A stretch of DNA of 64,000 nucleotides from positions 5,409,097-5,473,096 of the forward strand of contig CM082598.2 in the NCBI GenBank assembly GCA_040954595.2, given 5' to 3'. Below the pieces are notes generated by a model, which did no database searches, was not told the origin of the DNA, and was given only the letters and a program-made list of their open reading frames with translations. This document shows, one piece after another, positions 1 to 11,100 of the stretch; the first letter of the stretch is position 1; every line of letters begins with the position of its first letter. A program made the position numbers and the translations under genes. Source of the stretch: Balanoglossus misakiensis (Eukaryota; Animalia; Hemichordata).

Positions 1-335
1 CTTGTTTTATTAGCTAGGCAAATGAGATGTGATTAGAGTTAATTATATAATCCGCACAGTCAACTAGAATCTCAAGTAGGTGTAAATTGACCAAGTCTAT
101 CATGTTCTCATTGAATGGTGCACTGTGCTCTGAGGAAGTTGAGAATTCTTTCATTCCGGCTTTACTTAGAATGTTGTTAAAATACTGGTAGGTGGAAAAC
201 TATTAAAAGAGTCTGTACTAAACTTAACATTGTTGTTTTTAGACTGCAACAATCTAACATTTTGTTTTCACTTGAACAAATTTCTTCCGTAAACAGTATA
301 GCATTAGTTCTTGAATAATGAATACATAAGGCATA

Positions 336-495
336 TTAAAGGTATACGGTCACCTATTGAACATTAGCTATAGTTTAAACCATGGCAAATTGAAATCTAG
401 CTAATCACACATTTTCAGTGGGTGGCACACGCGAAAAAAAGAGCGCCACCATATGTTCTTTAGAACGCTCATTTCAGGTGACTGTATACCTTTAA
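336..495 (+). mobile_element. MITE family B (Kolobok-like, TTAA|AGGTATACRGTCACC TIR, about 185 bp), internally deleted
   Basis: About 15-bp TIRs with TTAA TSD. Confidence 0.85.
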
Positions 496-837
496 AACTT
501 AAGCTAGAAAGATTTTACAATGAAGCAAATAGGGCAACTGATCTTTCATTCAATTTTCACTTTGAAGGCTAAATAAACATTTAGGCACCGGGTGATTTAC
601 GGAGATCACTTTAAAACTTGTTACAAACTGAAAGGGTTGTAGCATGGCTGGTTTTCAAGACAAGTGGTACCTGGTACTTTAGAAATTCTCTTCAGAGAAG
701 AATGAAATACCAGCGTGTGTTCATGCTTGACGTGTTATCGCCATTCTGTGCGTGATCAAATATTAAGCATATAATCAGATTTAAGGACATTGAAATGCTG
801 TCATGATATGCGTATATAACAGACTAAAAGAACAGAT

Positions 838-1111
838 TTAAAAGGACAAAGTCTCTCTCGCTGCCTTTTTTCCATTAATTATGTTTGATACAAGACACCA
901 TTTATGTTATTCTACATGTGGATATGTAGTGAATGAACATTCGACCACATACAACTTCCATCCCACTTGTAGACACGAGAGTGGAAAAACTTGCCCAAAA
1001 TGAATAATCAGTCTCTACCATTTATTCATTTTGGCGAGATGTTTACTCTCATATCCTACAAACCATAATTAATGGAAAAAGGCCTGCGAGAGAGAGACTT
1101 TGTCCCTTTAA
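838..1111. mobile_element. MITE family A (Kolobok-like, TTAA|AGGGACAAAG ends, near-palindromic), internally deleted
   Basis: Both TIRs present with TTAA flanks. Confidence 0.85.
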
Positions 1112-1387
1112 GATGATTAATGGCTAAACCAAGAGTATAGATATTGTTGTCTTCACACAATGCTCTGCGCTGTGGAGGTGAGACAGATTACACAACTTGA
1201 CAACTGCTAGGGCTTTGATGTGACTCCACTCTATTCCACTGCACAACAAACACTTTAAACACTTCAATACAGAAGCAATGCATAGGTACGGTATTTCAGC
1301 AGAGGGGGGATCTGAAAGTCCACACATGGCTTGGTTTTAACTCTGAATGGATATATATGCAAGGGGAAGCATTTTAACTGTCACAGA

Positions 1388-1570
1388 TTAAAGGTATACG
1401 GTCACCTCCAATTTACATACGCCCATATATGGCTGAAATGGCGTATTTGAGCGTTCTAAAGAACACATGGTGGCCCTCTTTTTTTCGCATGTGCCACCCA
1501 CTGAAAATCTGTGATTGGCTAGATCTCAATTTGCCATGGTAACTATAGACAATTTTCCGTATACCTTTAA
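1388..1570 (-). mobile_element. MITE family B
   Basis: TIRs and TTAA flanks. Confidence 0.87.
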
Positions 1571-3558
1571 ATGACAAGTGGCTGATCAATTTTACCAACC
1601 GATATAAAACTAGCTCCACGTGTAATACCAGTATGCATGTAGGTAAATGTAAATATTTACCTGTATAAACCTGACCGTAGACTAATTCCAATGACGAGAA
1701 TCACCTTCATGCACCGCCACCACTTAAAGTAACCAACCACATGATCCACAGAACCCCAGGGTACTTCACAGTACACAATAATGGACTTCCAGGTTCAAAG
1801 CATAGGTCAGACTTTGCGCTATGATTAGAGAAAGACCGGCAAATCAAAGGTGGGACTGCAGCCTGATAAGAAGGGGTTGTTTATTTATTTACAATAGCGT
1901 GGGATGTGCCTGCTATTAATGTGGCCTGCCACGTTCTGTGAGTCAGTACCCAGTTGTTAGCGCTTTAATGGGGCACAAAGCATACAGTACATAACAATGT
2001 GGTCTATCTACAGCCACAAAAAGCTATTGTATTGAATGCTGGAGAAGGGCTCTCCATACTGACATAATTCAACTGCACTAAATATCATTAGATACGGTAG
2101 ACATGACAAACACACATAGCAAGGCTAATCTGATGGTAATGCTACTAATTACTGAAATGAATGTTCATTAACATTCCTTTTAACTGATATTACAGTTGTC
2201 ATTCTTGATTGATTCACCTCATTAATTCCAAATTTCCTTATACACAGTCACAGTGTTCCATTATGGATGTCATCAACAGCCTGGGGATATGTCCTCATTT
2301 TTTTTTTTTTTTTTGGGGGGGGGGGGGGGGATTCCACACTAGGGGGTGTGTGGGGAGGGTTTAATATCTCCAACTTGTGAGTGACATCATTTCAAGGGGC
2401 TCTGGTCCCCCCTTGACAAATTGCTGAGGGGTGCCAACATGTCAACAGGGGGTGAATCCCCCCACCCCTGGGCCCATGCATTTAAAAATAACTGAAAGGC
2501 ATGACATAAATTAGAAAAGTTCAGAATTATTTTACTGTATATATACAACCAATACCACCACCAACGCCATTTCAATTCCGCATTTTTTCAGTGTCAATAA
2601 AATTTTCATTCTTACTTTGTCAAATACCGAGGATACTAGTCAATTCACATTCTCCAATTAAATATTAACTGAACATCAAATAAAACACAAAAACGGAAAC
2701 AAAACTAAAACTTTAGCAACAGTGTTGCTGACATAAAAACTAGGTGTTCCGTTTATATCAGAGGTTTAGGTAGTGTGAACATTTAACAGAAGTTATTTAA
2801 GGTTTAAAATACATTTGTATACACAAGTCACGAGAATGTCAACTGAGCATATATCACAGGGTCAAACTAAATAGCGCCATCACAGTTCTAATTGCGGTTT
2901 ACTGACAGTGAACTCCTTATTTCAGGCAATTGCACACAAACAGACCAATACATTTTCTCTTCTGATTGTATTTGCATGTTTATATATTTACATTACCATG
3001 AAAATCAACAGAAATGACACTGACCATCAACTTTACCAATTATACGCACTTTAAGTGCATACCAAATGTAAGATACAGTGAGATACCTGTATATTACAGT
3101 CTAGAGTTTATGTAAGGAGATGAAAAAGATATTGTTGAGAGAATTCTAGTCCATGAATGGTCCTTAAAAACATTAAATTGCTTTTTATGAAGGGAATCTT
3201 GCTACTTGTAAGTTAGTAAGAGCAGAAAATCAACTTATATGCCAATCAATCATGTTTACAGTTTGGAAAATTAAACCCAACAAAGTTCGCATATTCATCA
3301 TGACATGTCAAAGGGAAATTCACTGGTCCTTGCAACAGCCTGAACCAACATGGCACAACACTGAGATGTGTATATCCCTGCCATTGCAGCACAAATAGTT
3401 AGCATACAAGTACACGTAAATGAGTTCATGACAGAATTGCAGACAACTTGGACTCAACATACAGGCAGTGTCATTAGAACCTTCAGGACATTCCAGGAAT
3501 TTTCCAGTGTGTTTTCTGGGCGTATTATAAGTCAAAATGAAGTTTTACGAGCAATCTA

Positions 3559-3748
3559 TTAAAGGTATACGGTCACCTATGGAAAATTAGCTATAGTTAC
3601 CATGGCAAATTGAGATCTAGCCAATCATAGATTTTCAGTGGGTGGCACACACAAAAAAAAGAGCGCCATCATATGTTCAGAACCCTCAAATATGCCATTT
3701 CAGCCAAATATGGGCGTATGTAAATTGGAGGTGACTGTATACCATTAA
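3559..3748 (+). mobile_element. MITE family B
   Basis: TIRs and TTAA flanks. Confidence 0.88.
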
Positions 3749-3961
3749 GTAATACTGATATTTTTTTCCCACAATTATCAACAATTTACAGAGCATGAAT
3801 ATCTGGAATTATTTGCCCAGAATGAATCTTCTTTGACTAACTTTGCTGGAGTGGTTTACAATACTCCTGGCTTTCCAGAGTGGATATACACTCTGTACAG
3901 CAGCAAAGAAATCTTGTTTCTGTACATCTCTGTAATTCACAACTTACACTTTGCTTTAGTA

Positions 3962-4260
3962 TTTCTTTACTATCAATCACGTGATCTGGCCATGTGACCC
4001 ACGGCGCTGTCATTTCCAGGTGACGGGCAAGCAATATTTCGGCATCCAGTAACAGTTTTTCCGAGTATGTTTTTACTTTAGAACCGCCAAACATGTAACA
4101 TGTATCAGGTACAATGTATGGTGCCTCATCAGCTTCATGGCATTTTGTCTGCACTGTCTTTGTCTGCACCAAGTTGCTGAAGTTGCCCATCATCTGGAAA
4201 TTTGAATGCCAACGTAACTGCCGCCTGAGCGCGTCTGACGTCATTTGATATCGAAGAATT
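3962..4260 (+). mobile_element. Interspersed family F (about 300 bp; other copies 15700-15927 and 43141-43392)
   Basis: Three similar copies; imperfect TIR TTCTTTACTATCAA / TTGATATCGAAGAA. Confidence 0.75.
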
Positions 4261-4273
4261 GACTGGTACTTAC

Positions 4274-4426
4274 CTCCCGTAGTTTTGACAACGGCTGGTG
4301 TATTTTAGGTAATGCCTTCACTGCAATATCTGCATCTTTCTGTTTGGGTTGCAATGCTTTGAGTATATCAGCTTTGATGTCAAGATCTTCTGAATCACGT
4401 CTTTCTGGTGACTTCTCTCCATTGGT
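4274..4426 (-). CDS. Coding exon 25 (last one recognised)
   Basis: atctcag / gtaagt, 153 nt, phase 0; ends in a donor, so the gene continues. Confidence 0.8.
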
Positions 4427-4477
4427 CTGAGATATATAAAAGACAGAAATGCTGACATCATCATCATCATGTCATCG

Positions 4478-4533
<56 letters not shown>

Positions 4534-4755
4534 TTCATCATCATCATCATCTTCATCATCATCATCATCATCTCATCAACATCATCAACATCATCATCAT
4601 CATCATCATCATCATCTTCATCATCATCATCTTCATCATCATCATCATCATCTCATCATCTCATCATCATCATCATCATCTTCATCATCATCATCATCTT
4701 CATCATCATCATCATCATCTCATCAACATCATCAACATCATCATCATCATCATCG

Positions 4756-4791
<36 letters not shown>

Positions 4792-4872
4792 CCATCATCA
4801 CCATGATCATCAACATGATGATGATGATGATGATGATGATGATCATCATCATCATCATCATCATCATCATCG

Positions 4873-4908
<36 letters not shown>

Positions 4909-4929
4909 CCATCATATACATGATCATCG

Positions 4930-4965
<36 letters not shown>

Positions 4966-5096
4966 CCATCATATACATGATCATCATCACCATCATCGTC
5001 ATCATCACCAAACACCAACCAACCCATGCATCCATCACCACCACCACCATCACCATCATCATCACCAAACACCAAATCCACCATTAAATCACCACC

Positions 5097-5130
<34 letters not shown>

Positions 5131-8100
5131 TCATAATCACCATCACCATCATCATCACCAAACACCAAATCCACCATTAAATCACCACCACCACCACCAC
5201 ACAACTACTCAGATTACAATATCAAGTCTTACAGACAAGGTAATTGTTCAAAGTCTGTACTTACATCCTCGATCATTTCTTTCTCCTCGCTTGAGGTTTC
5301 TCTGTCATCTGCCTCTTTCTGTTCATCAACATCTCTGTGTTTCTCCTCTGGTAGTTTCCAGTCGAGTGGTTTCAGATCGGCTTTATTCACATCCTTCTCC
5401 ATATCCAGGCTTTCAAAGGATTTCGCTCTCGGCAACTCATGGACTGGTGCTGATAACCGTGTGGGCGATGGAGTTTGACTTCTTTCTACTTTTCAAAGAT
5501 ACAGACAATGTTTCCTCATTAGTAGAATACAATCAATGCGTTGTACACCTGAACCTGTCTATAGTGGCCAGTCAAGGGACTTTCTTAAACTGGCCTTTAT
5601 AGACAGGTGGCATCTATATACAGGTCATTTAATACACATGTATATTGCACATGGACTGTAATAAAGTGGCCACTATATAGAGGTGGCCAATATATAGGGG
5701 TGGTCACTAACACAGGTTTGACTGTAATAATAATACAGTCAAACCTCTCTATAGTGGCCAGCCAAGGAACTTTCCTAAACTGGCCTTTATAGAGAGGTGA
5801 CCTTTATATTGAGGTTAATTAACACACATGTGAATCGCACAGGGACTGTAACAATATGGCCACTATACAGTCAAACCTCTCTATAGTGGCCAGTCAAGGA
5901 ACTTTCCTAAACTGGCCTTTATAGAGAGGTGACCTTTATATTGAGGTTAATTAACACACATGTGAATCGCACAGGGACTGTAACATAGTGGCCACTATAT
6001 AGAGGTGGTCACTAACACAGGTTTGACTGTACATGTAAATTGCACAGGGACTGTAACAAAGTGGCCACTATATAGAGTTGACCGCTATATAGGGATGGCC
6101 AATAACAAGGGTTTGACTGCAGTCCAAGCCATAATAAAATACCACATCTTGTGGCGTGCACAACATAGTCATTATATAAAACCCTTTCACCACGTGGTTT
6201 GATCCAAATACATTGTTTACTGTAGAAGTGTTGGACTTCTACAGAGGGAACTGGGGGTGAAAGGGTTAAATGCATATCAGACAAATGTTAGAAAATCAAG
6301 TATTTAAGTGCCATCTTTACAGCAAGGAATAGATTTCTGTTGCAACAACAAGAAAATCACATAAATAAAAAAGTTGTAAGTTCATGAAAACATTGTCATG
6401 TTTAACACAACACTGCACTCAAAAACAGTACATTCAAAACACAAACACACCCTAACACACATAAAATAAACCCATGTGTGACCTAGAAATGTCTGTTTAT
6501 ATACATGACAGTCAGCTATGTAACTATACTAGTGCTTGATATCACAGAAGTTTAAACAGCTTACTCTGACAAGCAAACCCTTTTATATCATGACTAAATT
6601 ATGACTAACTTCACTTTTTCCGGTGTTTATCTCACTGTTTTGTCTGTCTTGTTAAATAAACAAATAAACAAATAAACAAAATAAGCAATCAGAGTTTGAC
6701 ATACTGAAGCACAGTGTGCCCTTTAAGGCTATTTGATGCGCCACTGACTCAACAAACTCACTGGTGACTCAAGAAAATTATCCAAACTACATGCAAATGT
6801 TTAGGGCTGACTCTGAGAAATGTTTAGAAATCCTCAAATTGACTCAAAGCTTTTAAAACTGCTTGTTAGAGGGCACACTGCAGTGAAGCAACAGTGTGAT
6901 GCGCAAAGAAAGTAGTCTGACCAAACAGCAGCTTCAAAACTGAGTGAAGTAGGTCACTATAGATGATGAAATTACCTCCTAACTCCTCACATAATGTCAT
7001 CCCACAAAATCCTGTGAACCAAACTGGCTGACAATCTTCCTGTATATGCAGAAGGACCCCTGAACCTAACTGCGGTCACCCAGCTGAGCGTTATCTCTCA
7101 GGGTCTTACGCACAAGTTACGTACTGCATGCTACCAAGCACTACCAGAACTCTAACCAACTATGAGGTGCCTCTCAACTGTGCCAGTTTTATGGCCTACT
7201 TAACATATTAGAGGGTCTCAAGTCTTGGTGTCGTACTTCAGACTGTGGAGATTATTTACGATGTACCACAGAAGCATGTTTAAAGGGATAAAGTTTCTCT
7301 CTCGTTGCCTTTTTACAATTAATTATTGTTTGATAAAATACACTGTTTATGGTATTCTACATGTGGATATATACACTATTATAGTGCATCAACATTCGAC
7401 AACACACAACTTCCATCCCGTTTGTAGGATATGAGATTAAAAATCTTGCCAAAATGAATAAATGGTAAACACCGATTATTCATTTTGGCGAGTTTTAACA
7501 AATCGTACTGGTTTGCACAGGTTTGGTTTGATGGTCTTGTATAGGCCCTACTGAATAACACACACTTGGCAGTCTGAGCCCCCTGTAAAATGTACCAAAT
7601 CGCACTGGTTTGCACTGTATTGGTCTGAGGGTCTTGTATAGGCCCTACTGAATAACACACACTTGGCAGTCTGAGCCCCCTGTAAAATGTACCAAATCAC
7701 ACTGGTTTGCACTGTATTGGTCTGAGGGTCTTGTATAGGCCCTACTGAATAACACACACTTGGCAGTCTAACAGGCCTGGGAGCCAGGATTCTAGGCACC
7801 CTGGAAAACAAACCAGTTTCAACTGACTTGGCAGCGTTAGGGTTTGCACTGTATTGGTCTGAGGGTCTTGTATAGGCCCTACTGAATAACACACACTTGG
7901 CAGTCTAACAGGCCTGGGAGCCTGGATTCTAGGCACCCTGGAAATCACACCCGTTTTAACTGACTTGGCAGCGTTAGGGTTAAATAAAACAAACTGACGC
8001 AAGTAATACGGCTTAATGGTGAGAATTTTAAATGATAGGAAATAGATTTAAAGTATTTTATTGTGAAACAAATATGCGACATTTGGCAGCTATCGGGGCT

Positions 8101-11100
8101 TTAATTATCACATGACGGAAGATGACAGTGTGCTACAACATGGAAAGAGTCCTTACCTTCTTTCGGCAAGGAAACATTCAAGGAATTACTCCTCTGGGTC
8201 GTCCTTCCTTTACGACTCTGAAATTTCTGCGACACTTTCCTTGCTTCTTCCAGCAACTGTTCATTGAATCTCTTGTCTGCCTCTGTGAGTTCAATGTCCT
8301 CCAAATCACCATTGATCAAGTCGATTAGTTTACCATCTGTGGTCAGTGTGGTTTTGCCTTTCTCTTGGTCGTGCATTGCTTTCAATTTCATTCGCGATGC
8401 TGACAGTTTACGCTTGTCTTCCCTGCAAAATTAAGAAATCGTAGAAATTCAAATTCAGGCATCAGCTGTAATTTTTGGCTTTAGTTTTAGTATTTTTGTT
8501 CTGCGTACCGAATGCAATTTATTGTTCTACTCCAAATAGTACTGTAAAACACTTTATTTTCGCGAGTTGAAATTTTTCGTGATATCGAGAGAGGCCACTG
8601 TTTTCCAAGTATTAATTTTCGCGTCCTCTTATTTCATTCACTGCATCGTTATCTTCAAAAAAAAAATTATGCGACTTTTATTTTCACGCTATTTTGGCTC
8701 TCGCGTATTTCGGGAAATTTATTGCTCGCGAAAATAATTAGTGTTTTACAGTATGATGATATACCCCACTTGTGGAACATTTTATTTCAATTTCAAGTCA
8801 GAACAACCCACAAAGATTTTACTGAAAATTGTTTAATATAATGTATAGTCATGCATGAAATGTCCTGGGTGCGACTGTGAAATTTAGTACGCCCCTCAGC
8901 GACAGATTTTCAGAAAACTTAGTCCTGCAAACCTTTCAACTCTTTGTATATATATTTAAGTGTGTTAATACATGTATATTCACTTATTTGTTTTCAGTTT
9001 GCCACATAAACAAACAGTCAAGTCACTCACAACAGACTCAGATGAACATACATTGTATTCAAAGCACAATGAATATAACCAGTTTTATTTTGTATGACCA
9101 ACCATGCAACACATTTGCTGAGAGATGTAAATCCACTCACCCTTCTGTCTGTATTACATCATGTTTCTCCTTGTCATCTTCATTGACACATTCTTTATTC
9201 TGTTGTAGAATCTCCTGCATTGATCAAAAACACATCTTTAGATCCATCAGGTTCACAATTTATGGGTACATGTACTTTTGAAAATCTCAAAACTGATACA
9301 AACTGATTGACTCCAATGGAGACAAGATGATACACAGATTAAATGTTGTATTGTCACGATGGTACATTGTTGTACATGTACATGTAGTACATGGCAAATA
9401 GTAAGCACCTTAAGGGACAAAGTCTCTCTCTCTCGTTGCCCCTTTTCCATTAATTATGTTTGATACAAGACACTGTTTATGTTAATGTGTATATGTACCG
9501 GTATATGTACTGAATGAACTTTCAACCACACACAACTTCCATCCCACTTGTAGGATATGAGAGTAAAAACTCGCCCAAAATGAATAAATGGTAGAGACTG
9601 ATTATTCATTTTGGGCCAGTTTTTCACTCTTGTGTCTACAAGCGGGATGAAGTTGTGTTTGGTTGAAACTTGATTCACTATATATCCACATGTAGAATAA
9701 CATGAACGTTGTCTTGTATCAAACATAATTAATGGCAAAGGGGCAGCGAGAGAGAGAATTTGTCCCTCTAACATGATAGAGTAAGTAAAGAGTAATAGAA
9801 ACAACATTACTGTAGTTTCTAATACCTGTTGCCATTTGGGTAGATTCTGTTTTCCTGTAGATTCTTTGATGTTGTTGTCACCTATGAGTGCATCTGTTTC
9901 ATCAGACTCTTCAATAACAGGCGACTGGGTTGCAATAAGTGGTGGGTGTCTGGATGACATCTTGACTCTTTCCACTCTGTAACAAAATACAGTCAAACCC
10001 CTGTTAGTGGCCATCCCTATATATAGCGGTCACCTCTATATTGTGGCCACTTTGTTACAGTCCCTGTGCAATTCACATGTACAGTCAAACCTGTGTTAGT
10101 GGCCACCTCTATATAGCGGTCATCTCTATATAGTGGCCACTTTGTTACAGTCCCTGTGCAATTCACATGTGTGTTAAAAGTATACAGTCACCTCCAATTT
10201 ACATACGCCCATATATGGTTGAAATGGCGTATTTGAGCGTTCTAAAGAACATATTTTTTCGCGTGTGCCACTTACTGAAAATCTGTGATTGGATAGATCT
10301 CAATTTGCCATGGTAACTATAGCTAACTTTCCTTAGGTGACCGTATACCTTTAATAGAACCTCTCACAAAAAGTGAATATAAGAATATCAAACTTACATT
10401 TGCTCTGCAACCACAGCCTGTTCAGGGACACCTGTTGATGGACTGTTCTCATAAGACACAAATCCTTCCTCTGTCGTCGAACTGCACTCAGTGGTATCCA
10501 AGTTGATGATTTTCTCCGATGAAGGGACAGTGTGGAAGGAATATTCACTGAAAATACTCAACTGGCTTTCTGACAGGCACACCTCTCCGGGTTTCAGTTG
10601 TCCATCCGATGAAAGAGACAGGTAGGCACTGGAGAGAGAGGTGTCGGTACTGGATGTGCAGTCGGACTTGAGACCGTCCAGCGACTGCTGATCTTCTGGC
10701 AGATCAGTCTGTGTGGCAGAGCTCACTTTTGTATTCTGGCAACTAGCGAGTTCGGGACAAGAGCTGTTCAGATTTGCGTTCGATGTCAGACGCCCATCAT
10801 CTGGATTCCGTAAGTCTCCGGGTGGCGTTTGCGGAAGAGGTGGAAGTATGAATCGCGACGAGGACAACGACGACGCTAATTCCAGCAGTATGTGTTTAGC
10901 CGAGTCCCTCTGGAATTCCAAATTCTCCAGTGTAAGCGCATCTGAAAATAAAAGAACCGTGAAAGTCGTGGTTGGTGCTGCTTGTAGCAGAACAAAAGGA
11001 CATTCTGAAGACAGCGCTGTATCACAAATGTTCTTTTCAGAGCCAGACAGGGATTAGAAACCGTCTTACACTCTACTGGTCGTCCCAGGCAGAAGACTTT

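Noticed and set aside
2299-2330. Homopolymer G/C runs (also near 15580, 51095 and 53938) as functional G-quadruplexes
   Set aside because: Some lie within repeats and all are simple slippage-prone runs; no further support.
3837-4244. 135-aa ORF with a similar ORF at 15550-15933
   Set aside because: The similarity comes from repeat family F; the frames diverge between copies.
4449-5602. Long poly-His/Ser/Ile/Asp/Met ORFs
   Set aside because: Artefacts of the stop-free (CAT)n microsatellite inside an intron.
7500-7982. CRISPR-like repeat-spacer pattern
   Set aside because: Eukaryotic intron, 66-bp core, only two linker types that are themselves repeated, and no cas genes.
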